From contig NIVC01001828.1 in the NCBI GenBank assembly GCA_002269645.1, forward strand, positions 1-64,000: a DNA stretch of 64,000 nt. Reading direction: 5' to 3'. Both the position numbers and the translations under genes were made by a program. Positions 44,885 to 57,931 of the stretch are shown one piece after another; the stretch's first letter is position 1; each line of letters opens with the position of its first letter. The notes beneath the pieces are model-generated. The model was not told where the DNA came from. It did not search any database and worked only from the letters and a program-made list of their open reading frames with translations. Origin of the DNA: Macrostomum lignano (taxonomy: Eukaryota).

Positions 44885-47570
44885 TCAGCGCCTCTGTTGG
44901 TTCTGTACTAGAAGCTTGTTGATGAAGGACACGATGGCCGGCGCTGGCTGCTGCGGATCGAACTCGCAGGCAAGTACGCAGGTGTTCTCCGACGGGCCGA
45001 AGTGCCCGCCCACGCCGCCTACTGCACCGCCTTTCCGAGCTACAAAGCCGAATAGTCGGGGGCTCTTCAAGCCCCTCACTGACAGTTCCGGGTGGGCGAA
45101 TCTGGAATGGTTCGGGTGCAGGTGCTGCTTATTGTTGCTAGGCTTCACTTGCGTAATGGTGGAGAGAGATCGCAAAAAGAGTAGGAATGGGATGAATTGA
45201 GGAGAGAGTCAGGATGGCAGTAGGGAGTGGAGGAGATTCTGAGGATGGCAGTAGGGAGCGGAGGAGATTCTGAGGATGACAGTAGGGAGCGGAGGAGATT
45301 CTGAGGATGGCAGTAGGGAGCGGAGGAGATTCTGAGGATGGCAGTAGGGAGCGGAGGAGATTCTGAGGATGGCAGTAGGGAGCGGAGGAGATTCTGAGGA
45401 TGGCAGTAGGGAGCGGAGGAGATTCTGAGGATGACAGTAGGGAGCGGAGGAGATTCTGAGGATGGCAGTAGAGAGCGGAGGAGATTCTGAGGATGGCAGT
45501 AGGGAGCGGAGAGAGGTTCAGGGATGAAAGAAGGGAGCGGAAGAGATTCTCGGGAGTAAGGGAGATGATGGATTATATGGCGGTGAGATGCAATAGATCA
45601 AAGCAAGCTGATAGTGAAGTAGGCAGCACTGGAACGAAATTAGTGTAGCAAGAATGTACTAGATAATGGATATTGAAAGGATTAGATTTTAAAGCTCTTA
45701 CAAGCTGACTAATTAGACTACGGGATAATCCCTTAATCAGCTTTTCATATTATAACAAACAGGAGAATGAAACCCTCAGATAGAATTCTAACTGTTCTGA
45801 AAACTCACTTTGATGCTTCACCTACCTGCGATCCTGGTTGTCCAATCCGCAGTACAGAACGGACGCCAGCGGATAGTTGCGTCGGAAGAAAAGTTTCCGA
45901 TGATTGTCGGTCAGCGTGACGCCGTCCTGGCCAACTTTCAGCTGGCACTCGGCGGTGCGCAGCTGGGCCTGGCTGGACAGCGCGACGTCCACCGCTCGGG
46001 CGACGGCGTCCCCGCCGGACAGGGACTCAACGTCGACGCTGCCTACGTAGAGAACGTTGCAAGCTGGCGCAGGAAGGGAGGTGAGAGAGAAGGTTATCGA
46101 TGAGACAAAGAAGAATGGATGGTTCGTAAAGGCGATTCTACTAGCTGTGGTCTGTAAGGGCAAGCGTACACGTTTGGCGACAAGATAGTCATCTTTGTAT
46201 CTTTCTGTTGACGGAAACAATCGCAGGGACTTCAATACGTGTTTGAGACTGGCATTTTAACCCAATCAAGTCTTGACTGTGGTAAGGTTGGCATGGACAT
46301 CACCCAGGATTACTCCAGTGCAAGGGGTTGTAGCCTAGTGGATAGAACGTCGGACTCACGACTGGAAGGTCTTTGAGACACTTAACTCTGCATTGCTTCA
46401 GTTCACCCAGCTGTAAAATGGGTGCCAGCATTAGCTGGGGTAATTAAGGGTGTGTGCGTGGTGACCCCCCCCCCCAGTCCTTGGACTGAACAGATGCGTT
46501 GCGCAATAGCTGCGGCTGAGCTGTCGGTTGCACATCTGCCCATTAGGGCAGGTGTAATCAATTTTATTAATGACTCCAGTGCAATGTGGCAACTCAGTAT
46601 TTAGCTACTCAACCTACCAGCACTGCTCTGCAGCGGATGTCGGACCTCTACCGGAGCGCCTGCCGCGGTCTGTTCAACGCAGCCACCAGCACCACCGGTT
46701 GCTTGCGCCTGCGCAGCAACTCTGTCAGGCTGGTCGTACACCGCAGCCTCCGGCCGGGGCACAATCAGGCGGCAAGGCAGGGCCAGCTGGGTGACCGAGT
46801 GCTGCTGCACCAATGCGGCCAGTGTGGGGAAGATCGGTTCGTTGGCGCAGCCTTTGAGCCGCACGCCGCCCGAGGTTGGCTCGATGAGAAAATGCCGCAC
46901 CAGTTCAGCGCCGATGTCGTTGGACTTTGGCTGGATGCCTTTGGGAATCTGCGCAACCCTCACGGCCAGGCCGAATGCGCCCGGGAAGCTGTTGGAGTCG
47001 CGGACTACGAAAGTGCCCGGCTGGGCGTGCCGGAGCAGGTTGATAGCTACCGGTTGTTCGGGGCATTGTGAGCGGGTGATGGAAGTACTTTCAGAAACAA
47101 AAATCGGCAGATAAAACAGCAATAGAAACTTTGATAGAAGCTTACCTTCCTCCCGAGAGATGCGCGGTCGGTACCACAGCTTCATGCTGTCCTTCACCGA
47201 CATCTGGGCAGCCGCGGCAGACACGTAGCCCACGTTCGGCGAGTCCAAAGCGTCCACGCTGCCGTTGAGGCTGGACGGATGGGAGAAGTTGCTGGATGAC
47301 TGCTCGCCCGGAGACAGCGGCCCAGACGGGAAGGCCGGCGGCTGTTGCTGCTGCGATTGCTGGTGCTGCTGCGATGTAATTTGAACCACGGAAGATACCG
47401 TTGAGACTGGGGATAGCAGAACTGGCTCCTGCGATTGGCTGTTCAGAAACTTCTGCGGCTGCTGCTGAGTCTGGTACTGCTGACTGCGGTGCTGCTCTGA
47501 GTAGTAGCCAGTGAATCCGTTGCCTCCAGTGTCTAAGACGTCGCGGGTCTGTTGCACCTGCTGCTGCTGC

Positions 47571-47603
<33 letters not shown>

Positions 47604-50600
47604 CTGCTGTAGCCCCTGTTGCTGGCCATGGTGCCAGTAGCTGACGCTGAGGCCGGCGCTCGGACAACCTCAACAGTGTGCGGCTGCTGCAGTTCGATTG
47701 CTATTGGCTGCGGCTGCTGCTGCTGTGCTCCACCGCTAGCTGAATGATCCGCCTGCCGACTGAGGCTGTGGGTCTCGTACCGTCGGGTCGTCTGCTGTTG
47801 ATGCTGCTGCTGCTGCTGAGGGCTTTGAACGGCAGCTGCTGGCAGTGGCAGAGACGTCGGCGATTGAATTGTCGGATCGCCAAAGTCAGGCGGTACAGAG
47901 GACGAGTGAATGATTCTGCCGCCGCCACCGCCGGCTCCAGACATGTGAGTGAACTGTTGCTGCTGGACACCCACCTGGTGAATCTGCTGTCCCCTAGTGA
48001 GCGAATGCTGCTGATACTGCTGCGGCTGCAGGTGCACTTGGGCTGTTGTTGCCACAGCAACGCCGCCTGCCGATTGCGGCTGCGGAGTTGATGACCGCAG
48101 CGTAGCAACTGAAAATTTTCGACAGATAGAGAGACATCGTCAGCGGGGGAGCACAGCAGCTCTGTAGTTTGCGCATCTGATTAGCTCGTATCGCGACAAA
48201 CTACTCAGGTTCGATTCCGTGAGTGGCACATTAATTTGGTGCTTCAACATCCCAAGGCACAGAGAGTGTACATGCCTGACGATGTCAGGGTGCCTGCGTA
48301 CGCATCCGTGTTGGTGTTCATGCTCAGGGATGAGGGGAATGGGTGTGAGTACATGAGCCACCTCGCTGGCTGGGCGTCCACCAACTGCTGCGAACTAGCT
48401 AAACTTGAAAAGCATCGTCTTTTGCTAAATCCAAAATTAAATTAATTGTTGACTCACTCCGTCGCTGGCTAATATTCATCGCCTGCTGTTGCTTCGCAGT
48501 CTGCAATCCGCCTCCGACGACAGTCGCAGTTGGTAGATGCGGCGTCGATTGAGCCATGAGACGCCTGCCGCCGGCTGGGGTGGCTTCTTTTGGAGCCTCC
48601 AGATCGTGGATGCCCTTGCCGATGGGCTGCAGGGTGATGGTCTCCACCTCCTGGTAGACTTCGCCAGGCGTGTGCGTCACCGTGCGCTGCTGCAGGGTCT
48701 GTCAGATTTTTTATTAATCAATTAAAACTTTTTTTCGTTAAATGTTAATTATACTACTTTTCCTTGTTAATCAGCATCTTCAGCGTTTGATTAAAATAAC
48801 TCGGTAAAATTCCATTATTGGTTTTTAACTACTGGACTGTTGACTTAGAAAATTAACTTCAATCCTTCAGTGTTTGCTTGATGTGAAAGCAGACAGGGAC
48901 AAAAGGTACTTTGCCCCTTCTTATTAGAGACAGGGGTGGCTGTGTGCACCCTAGCGCACTTTAAGCGTCATTGCCCACAACCGGCGAGAGGCACACACTC
49001 ACACAGGAGTGTACAGGAGCCCTAACTTTATTTTTCTTTAGGCATGTACACTTCTCTGTGCCTTGGAGGTTGGCCCTTGAGGGTGTTAATTGCACGAGCA
49101 GAGCCAAGCTGAGATTCCTATTTAGCCCCAAATTAATTTGACTGCACTTGGAATCGAGCCTGGGCCGCCGACACGTGAGAGCGCCGCGCTAGACCACTGG
49201 GCTACGGCACCCCAACCTTGCCCCCTAGTAAATCAAAAAGTACTTTCTTTTAGGGACTGGCTTTCTTCATTCGTGGTAGCTTCAGTAAATTTCAAGCGAG
49301 AGAAACTATCAATATTTTCTCATGCCTTCATGTAGACCAACTACCAGATATACAAGATATGCGCACAGTTCGCCCTTCTGTTTCAGTAGCATGAATTTCT
49401 TGAGCTTTAGTGGCTCGGACGCCAACTGCGCAGCCATGAGAAACCAAGAAGTTTGCATCGCATGCCGGGCATTCCACTGCCCAATTATTCAAAGTCAAAT
49501 CCTGTTTATGGATGAAAAGTTCCTTCAGTAGCTGCTGCCACATAGGGGGAGATTAATGTCTGCTTTGGATGACTGAACTGCCCTCCGAAATAATGCGCAG
49601 TTTTGGCCACTTGCACACAAAACACGGCGGGCAATATCAGGCTGTGGAGGCTTGTACAGTACACTCACTAGCTAAAGGGTTCTCGTTTTTGATACTCGCA
49701 AAAAACACCGAAATATTGACATCTTGGATATAAGCACGACACGGCAGCATCGGAACTTAAAACAAAATGAAAAAAAATATTCGTCTCTAATAACGCGCAT
49801 ACTCTTAACTTACTACTTGTAGCGGATCAGTTCCCGCGTTTGACGAGTGCACTGGAATCTGCAGCTGAACGGGCCAGGGAAATCGGATGTTGAGTGGTAG
49901 GTTTTTCTTCTTTGGTGTTCAGGTTCACTATTTAACATTTGCGACCCTCTCCTGGCTATAGACTATCGCTCCACATGTAGCCATTGGCAGTACAGTCAGT
50001 TGCAGCAGAAGCTATAGTCTATGGTCTTAACCCCGGGGTCGGCTGAAGTGGCACGCCTAGGGAGGGGTATATGGAATCTGTGGGAAGGGTCTGTAGAACT
50101 GTGGCCTGTCTCACCCATAGACTACAGACATATTATCTAAGGCTTAGTCATAAGACCTTTCACTTGCAGCCTCACCCGTCGTTCCTGCTGATGCCGCGAA
50201 TGCGTGGTGGCTTCGCCAGCCGTTCGGTGCACCAGCGGCGTCTCGCTGGTGCGAAAGTGGCTCACGGAACTGGCCCGATGGCTGGCGCCAGTCATCTTGA
50301 TCTTCTGCCGGACCCGCTCCAGCGACCTCTCCAGTTCCTGCAGCTTGCTATCGAAGGTGTCCTCACCGCCTGCCTCCTGGCCAGAGGATTCAAAGTGCCT
50401 CCGGCTCTCTAAGTGCTGCTGCTGATGATGATGCTGCTGCTGCCTGCCTGCATGCGGCTGGAGAGTGCTGCTGGCCAGGTTGGATCTGCCTGCTGTGCGG
50501 CAGCGTTGATAGTAAGCTCAGAATGAATTCGTTATCACAGTTTAGTAAGACAATAAAGATATTCTAAACTATTGTACTTGGAACACAAAGAAGATGCCCA

Positions 50601-53474
50601 GTTTATTCAGATAATAAAGAGCTTCTAAACTACTTGGAACACAAAGAAGATGTCCAGTTTATTCAGATAATAAAGAGCTTCTAAACTACTTGGAACACAA
50701 AGAAGATGTCCAGTTTATTGAGATAATAAAGAGCTTCTAAACTACTTGGAACACAAAGAAGATGTCCAGTTTATTGAGATAATAAAGAGCTTCTAAACTA
50801 CTTGGAACACAAAGAAGATGTCCAGTTTATTGAGATAATAAAGAGCTACTAAACTACTTGGAACACAAAGAAGATGTCCAGTTTATTGAGCCATTAAGTA
50901 TCTCCCAAGCTATTGAAACACCAGAGGCCCAGTCAGAATGTATTGACTAAAATGATCCTGTAGTTATTTAAAGGGAGATGACTATGATTTCTTGTATATT
51001 TATTAATAGACTAATATAAACAGAGGATGGAGTGGCGACACAGAACCCCAATTAGCTGCACCGCGCAGAATTATTAATGCCCCAATTTGGGGAACAGCTA
51101 CAATCTCCCTGTTCATCAACATTCCAAATTTGGACACAAGCACTGTTTTCCTTCTGGTCAGCGGTGCTGGGAAAAAAGCAGACTTGCCTCCAAACGGGCC
51201 GCCCCCGTCGCGGTACTGCTGCTCGCTTGACTGCCTGGCGAAGGTGTGGCGCTGCCTCTCCCAGTTCGGCTGCTGATGCTGCTGGTGCTGCAGGCTGAAA
51301 TGCTGTCCCCCTGTCTCGCGACTCTCACTCTGGTGCCTGAAGCGGCCTGCAAGCGGGAAAGCGGAGCGGGACCGGCTTTGGCGCCTCATTTCAGGCAAGA
51401 ATGCAACATATAGGCAAGGTTAGGCTATCTGCTTGCTCTTCGCTCTGAGGCTTTGGCGAACAAATTTCTACTAGCTAAATGCGGCCTCGGCCCGGTCCCT
51501 GCTCAGGATAGGGTCGTCCGCAATAGGGGCGGTTTGGGAGGGCCCACTTCCGCTGCAGGCAATCGAATTTGGGCTAAACGGGCGCACATGAGTGTAATAT
51601 GCAATTCATGCAAGTTTTGGGGGTAAACCCATCCACCCCCAAAAAATCGTTCCTTACCTCCAAGGCTTTGAAAGGCGTCCTCGAACGGCGCGGAAACGCC
51701 ACCGTAGTTTTGCTGCGGCTGCTGGTATGACTTGGCGAAGTAGCTCTGCTGCTGATGCTGCTGATGCTGCTGATGCTGCGGAAGCTGCTGGCGTTCGTTA
51801 AAATCGAACCGGCGCTCCTCGTCCAGGTCGTAGCCGCAGTCGCTCGCCGCTTTTCGCAGCTTCTTCAGCTTCTTCTGCGTTCGCCGAAGCTCCATCGCCA
51901 GCTGCCGCTCCCGTTCGGTCTCGAAGCTGTCGCCGCGCCCGCCCCCGCCAGCGCCGCCACCGCTGCTGCTCTGGTAGCGATAGGCGCCACCAGCTGTCGA
52001 TGACGACGAAGAGAAGAGATGCTGCTGCTGTTGCTGGCGCTGGTGCTGGAATGGCTGCTGCTGCTGCTGAAACAGAAGATTGTGATGCTGGTGAACTGGC
52101 TGATGCGGCTGATGGTGCACCGGCAGCTGGTAGGCGACATTGCGCGCCTGTTCCGCAGGCTCTGTTGAACGATGCCGGAGCCTCTCGCCGGCTGGCCTTG
52201 CAGAACCTGCGGCGCTGCCGCCTTTGCCACCGCCGCTGCTGCCGCTGCCAATGCCTAGCAGCTCATCCAGCAAGTTGTCGATATCCTGGACGGGCCGGTT
52301 CCGGCTGGTACCGTATCGCGACGATGAAGCCGAGTACTCGAACTCCGGCTGCTGCGAGTGCGACTGCAGCGGTGGCCCGAGTCCGGCTCCGCCGCCAAGG
52401 CTGCGATGGGCGTTTCCTGAGCCGATATTTGCTGCGAGTGGAGAGTTATTGAGGAGGCACTTCGGTGAGTTGCTTCAGAGCTTATCTGGTAAGTTTTTAA
52501 TACTTCTATACGTACTAGGATGGAATTTTCATACTAGCTCGTAAATAGCTTTTACATTCAAATCAAATTTGTCCTGAAGCTACTCGCAGCAAATTAACTC
52601 ACTCCTAAAAACGGTGCAGAAGCGATTATTCTGCTGAAAATCGCGCGAATTTGCGCCGTAGTTCATTGCGCCGAAAGTTCCTCTCGATTCTGGGTCGGTT
52701 AGAAGCTGTCAGTCCAAGAGACGCGAACGGTCGTCTTTAATACGGATACGGAACCCACAATGGCTCAGTCTGTGGCTCTGTTTGTCTAAGCTTTCTCGCT
52801 TTCTCGTAGCGCAGTCCAAGGGAGCGAAATGGAGAAAAAATCAAGAGAGGCAGGATTTTGGCAGGAGCAAGAGACCGGATTAGGATGGACCCGCATGGAT
52901 TAGGTGAGGGCTGCGAAATGCCGACTGGGAGACCCGGAGGTGAAAGAGGCGGGCAGGCGAGAGGGAAGGAGAGGCGGTGCTTGGATGTCAACCAGCGCGG
53001 AGGAGAGGCTGAGGTGGGCGATGGAGAGGGGCGCGCACGATGCGTTCAATCGTTGCGGCCCAACGAATAAGCGGAGTAGCAGAAGGCCGAGCTGGAATCG
53101 CTGGCTTAGGAAGATATTTCGTTCGGGCAGAGGTACAGGCAGAAGGAGCTTTCGGGGAAACGGTAGCTGGAGAGCCAGGTCTGTATGCCGGATGCTGCGA
53201 GGGAAAAGTGATCGATAATTTGTAGCCCAAAAAGGTTTGCGCCAGAAGTCAATGAAGGCTTCACCCCCGACCAAATATTCGTGTTCGATGTACGTGCATG
53301 TACACTAGCGGCTGCTGCTGCTGCTGCTGCTGCTGCTGCACTCTGCGCCGCCAACTGCAGCTGCCACCTCTGCGATTAGAGAGGCTGGCTATCCTAGCAA
53401 CTGCTGGGATGCTGCGATACCAGAGATGCTGCTTCAAGAAGTTGTCTAGTCGACCTTGCTGTCTCTCTCTCTCG

Positions 53475-53509
<35 letters not shown>

Positions 53510-56500
53510 GCTCGATTTTTTCCAAGGCAACGCTGCTTTGCCACGGAACCGCCTATTCCCTTACTGGTGGTTGGGTTTAAGTGTCACGCCAGACCACAGC
53601 CAGCGCTAGCAATAGAATTTGGTACTGCGAATGCACACGGGGAGCAGAGAAGAAGACGGAGGAGACCGGGAGAAGAGCTATTTTTGGATTCGATCCAACT
53701 TATAGCAGCAGGCTATATAAAACGCTCTAAACAAACCCGCACAACAAATTTCTTCCACCGATTGCGTCCAAGTAACCGTGGACTGTTGTAGAGAGGAAAA
53801 GCAAAAGACACTGCCCTAGCTAAAGGAGGGGGGGCAGAAGCAGAAACGCAGTCGAGCTGATTCAGTATGAATTATGAAAATTGGCAGCCGTTTGCTGGTG
53901 TTTTGTCTGGCACGCTTTCCTTGCTCGAGCAGCTTATTTGCCTAAACCTGCTTCCCAACCTTGCCCACCGTGTGCGGCAGTGCGCGCTTCAGCCCAGCAG
54001 ATGATGCCACCACTAGTGCATTCTTGTTCCCAAATGATGGGTTGCGTAAGCGCCTTGCTTTCCCCTTCTTTCACTTATAAATATATCCTCAAATCTGGGC
54101 CCGCCCGAATAATTTCAGCCCAGTTTCAAAAACTGATTTTTACAATCGCCTGCCGTAGTAAAGCCCAGAACAGGGGGGGGGGGGGTCACAGGATCCGTGG
54201 CAGTAGCTGCCCAGCTCGCTGCTCGACATTTTTCAGGTAAACTGGGGCCGGGGGGGGGAAAGGTTCGTTCAAGCGCAGAAGCCAGATGTGCTGCAGTTCC
54301 GGCTTGATTCTTTTGCAGTCCTTTTCAGGCAGCCCAACCCGTGGATGGCGGGGGGAGCGCTGTGGAGCTGGAGGTCGGATACGTCTGACGCCGTTTCCCT
54401 GTCTCCACCAGCCTCCGCTTCAAGTTCTTCCTCATCAGCGTCTTATCAACGGGGCCTGCTGCAACAGCCAAGCCAAGCTTTTTTTGGGCAAAAGGCGAAG
54501 ACCAAAAAGGGGTAAAGCGATGCAAACTGTTGGCGGGCAGGGCCTGCTGACTGGACCAAGCCGGAGTCAGAAAGTCTGCCCAGCAGTCAGGCTGCTTCCG
54601 CACCACTGCCAGCTGGAAGCCCCTGCAGCATTGGCGCTCGGCTTTGGCCCCGACATGGAGAAGAATATTCGGGAGGGGGGGGCTGGAATCCGAGTGCAAA
54701 TGGGGCGGACTGGAATTGATCCAAGCTTTTTCCCTCGATCCCCCATCTAGTCCAAATCCCATGGCCTGTCCAGAGCCCAACGATTCATAGAGGATAGTGA
54801 AATGGCTCGGCAAAGGCGGGAAGTGAAAGCTAGACATACAGAAGAATACAAATGCTATAGAAGTGGCTGGGGAACTTGTTGGCCTCTCATGTGATTGACA
54901 ATATTTATGCAAATTGATGACTGGTTGGATGTAAATTTTATTCACAATAATGTTCGCCTTAAGAGATTAGGAAAGTATTGGGCACATTGTTTTTTTCATG
55001 TAGCTAGTGTTACTAGATATATTATTAGTGCCTGCACTCTGGTGTTTTCAAGAAAGAAAAGTAACAAACTTTCACGTTCCGTCCAAATTCTTCATATGGT
55101 TCAGCATTCAACTATTCGACTGCGATGCTTGTGGTCTTACGTATCTTGATGAGTATTGAGAAGCGGCAGTTCGGCTAGTTTCCGGTTTTTCGAGATCACA
55201 TTCAAAATGGATATTGGATGCCTGCGAACGCTCCGTTCTAATGGCGGTGAACTGAGCCTTTTTTGTTTTTATTTTATTAGAGGCAAAGAGCTCTTCCTGA
55301 CCCACTTTAAGCGACATCGTCACACAACCGGCGAGACCCATTTCACCGACTCCTCTGAGCAGGTACACAAGCGCGCGGATATGTACGCAGTCATACGCAC
55401 AGACACACACTCCAGTGTACAGCGGCCCTAACTTTATTTATCGTTATTAGGCATGTACACTTCACTGTGCCTTGGGGGTTGGCCCTCAATGGCGTTAACT
55501 GCACGAGCAGAGCAAAGCCGAGATTCCAATTTATCCCCAAATTAGCACTTGGAATTAGCACTTGGAATTAGCACTTGGAATTAGCACTTGGAATTAGCAC
55601 TTGGAATTAGCACTTGGGCCGCTGGCACATGAGAGCGCCGCGCTAGGCTATGGCCCGTGAACTGACTCTGAACTACGAGTATCTGATATATACTCAGCAA
55701 CAGTCAAAAGTTCCACCCTCCAAGCGAGATGAAAATTTTCTCACTTATTGCGACAACTTCTCACTCATCACAAGTCAACCCTCAAGTTACGCAACTATAA
55801 GCAGCCGCGAGGAAAGGAAATTTGATCGAATCTAACGTCAGTCGCACAAAATCATAAGTTTTTATGCAATATAAGCAGTTAGAATTGCGATGCTTAATAA
55901 CGCGTGTGGGATCCCCTCGCACGCAGAAGTGCGGCGACTCTGCGGGGCATTCTCAGGATGAGGCGGTGCAGAAAGTCCTGGGGAAGCTGCTGCCAAGCGT
56001 TTTCAATGGCATGACGCAGCTCCGCAACATTCTGTGGTGGATTCTCTTTTCGAATGCTGCGTTTTAGAAAGTCCCACGAGACATGCTCGATGGGATTCAT
56101 GTCTGGGGACCGGGAAGGCCAGCGCAGAGTGCTCAGCTGTAGCTGTTCTTTTCGTTGACTAACAGCATCGGCTCGGTGTGGTGGCGCGTTATTGTTATCC
56201 TGGTCAACTCAAGTAGCAATAAGACTCGCGCGTGCCGTAAGTTGCGTCACTCGAAAAGTGAGGAAATTCATCTCGCTTAGAGGGTGGAACTTTTGAATGT
56301 TGCTGAGGATATACACTCATCAACATTGAAAACCGCCACTCTAGAGCATTGGCAGAGCAATTGACTTCAACTCACACTGCAATGACGCAAGATTTTACAA
56401 CCTCTCGCTCAGGCGCACTAGATCTAGGGTGGCGAAGCGACCATATACAATTCCTTGACTGGATACTGTCGGGCTAAGCGCATCACGACTGTACAATCGT

Positions 56501-56838
56501 AGTGTCTATGGTCAAAGTGGTCTGATCGCTGGGAACTCCTACATTCTGGTCAACGTCATATATATTCCATAGATGTGCTATAGTTGCTATAATGAATCTC
56601 TACCACCATAAACAATCCCATGCTCAGGTAAGCACTGCTCACACGCGCAGCCAGAGTCGCAGGGATCGCAGGCGCTGCTGCTGGCGGTTGCCTCCGGTGA
56701 GCTGCTGGCTGGCGGACCGTCGTCGATCCAGCAGCCGTCATCGGTGCGGCGCACGATGGCGTACAGGCTGCCGTCGACTGGACCGATGCAGTGCTGCGTG
56801 CGGACCTCCTCTGCCGCTGTTTTAGTCATTGTTTCCAT
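44885..56838 (-). CDS. TNS: Tensin-like protein (~1190 aa from the first visible ATG): long Q-rich linker, SH2 and PTB; no PTP/C2 exons seen
   Basis: Exons on the complement: 56604-56838 (acceptor at 56853), 51658-52431, 51188-51346, 50176-50492, 48458-48698, 47146-48108, 46618-47046, 45826-46063, 44885-45101 (3573 nt, phases consistent). SH2: WYRPRISREE/AINLL..GTFVVRDSNSFPGAFGLA...LVRHFLIE. PTB: ACNVLYVGSVDVESLSG...KLFFRRNYP...RLFGFVARK. The tensin linker motif GPVDGSLYA is also present. Confidence 0.88.
45200..45530. repeat. 31-bp minisatellite (gaggatggcagtagggagcggaggagattct), last tensin intron
   Basis: Direct reading. Confidence 0.92.
46323..46570 (+). mobile_element. SINE family 1 copy with the B-box region deleted, tensin intron
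   Basis: Head ggggttgtagcctagtggatag followed by a body matching the other two copies. Confidence 0.8.
48890..49208 (-). mobile_element. tRNA-headed SINE, family 2
   Basis: The minus strand starts gccgtagcccagtggtctagcgcggcgctctcacgtg...ggctcgattcc (A and B boxes). The body is shared with 55295-55650. Confidence 0.75.
50545..50895. repeat. 56-bp minisatellite, about 6 copies, tensin intron
   Basis: ttggaacacaaagaagatgtccagtttattgagataataaagagcttctaaactac repeated head to tail. Confidence 0.92.
55295..55650 (-). mobile_element. SINE family 2 copy with an internal 13-bp tandem expansion
   Basis: Matches 48890-49208; (ttagcacttggaa)x~6 at 55540-55615. Confidence 0.75.
55687..56313 (-). mobile_element. 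Internally deleted Tc1/mariner (DD34E) element with both TIRs and a transposase C-terminal fragment
   Basis: ~58-bp imperfect TIRs (tatatactcagcaacagtcaaaagttccaccctc... / ...gagggtggaacttttgaatgttgctgaggatata) with TA ends. The minus strand at ~56207-55894 encodes QDN(NN)APPHRA...WPSRSPDMNPIEHV...RMPRRVAALLRARGSHTRY*. Confidence 0.9.
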
Positions 56839-57931
56839 ATGCAATCTCAGCACCTGAGGCTGGCACTCCTAGGACGGTTTTTCGTTTCTTATGTTCTAAA
56901 CGTTCTTAATTCCCTCAGGCCGAAAGATTGGGTTTGAGTCGGATTTGTCTTTGTAAATTTGAATAACGAAAGCCGCGTTTATAGTCAACCGGGGCCGCGC
57001 GGTTTCACACATGTCAGCTAAGGCGCTCATGAACTGTTGTTGGGTTTCCCCGCCCTCTCCCTGCAGCTTGCTAGGGCCTCCGCTACTCCAGCCAACCAGC
57101 CCGGGGGTTCCCGAGATTCCCACGCCTGCGGGCGGGGTGGGTGGCTGCGTTGAGAACAGGCAGAGAGGGGGCGGCGGCCTTGGTAGTTGACGGCGCTCAT
57201 GGCCCCGACGCTGTCTCTCTGGGCAATGCCTATCCATGGTTCTGCTTCCCCCTCTCTCGCCCATTCTCTCTCTCTCTCTATCCCGTTTTGCATCGGCTGT
57301 TGTGTTGAAGAGAGAACAAGGCAGAAGGCCAGCTAACAAGCAGCTCAATATGGAAAGGCATTGGGTGAAGCTTCCACAGACACACACGCACGCGCACACA
57401 CAAATTAGACTAATGCGGAGTTTGCTGTTGTTTGCGTACTTAGTGCCCAACAGGGCGCGATACGCGCGGGGAGGGGAGAGAGAGAAAAAAAATGAGAGGA
57501 AGGAGAAGACCGAAGTTGGTGCTGGGCAAATGCGATGAGCGGCACGATTTCCGAGCGAATTCATGCTGAGAGCGCGCAACGAGTGAGAACTATAGTTGCC
57601 GGTTGCCATAGCCCCTTGTCAACCGCTGCGCAGCAGGCTGCGAGCTATTAATTTGATTGCGCGATGGCAGCGCAGGGAGTTATATAATACGCCCAGAGTA
57701 CGCGGGCTAGTTGCAGTTACGACGGCTTCGGGTTACCGCGGCTTCCGCTGTGTGCTCATTTTTTGCCTTTCCAATTGCTGGTGTTGCACGACACAGCTCT
57801 GCCAGAGAAAGTTATTGCCGCGCTCATTCGACCCTTTTGGAAATGAATTAATAAATAGAATGTCGGAGTCTAGTTCCCAGTGAGCTCCGCGAAACCCACA
57901 AACCCAAGGACACGCGCGAAGCGCGTGTCCT

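Noticed and set aside
49328-49543. 71-aa minus-strand ORF with a CxxC motif in a tensin intron
   Set aside because: Not needed for phase, no clear acceptor, no family recognised.
53100-54945. Possible extra tensin exons (polyQ stretch at 53320-53350; acidic DADEEELEAE frame near 54440-54270)
   Set aside because: The flanking exons already join in phase, and I found no convincing acceptor-donor pair without stops. Alternative first exons remain possible.
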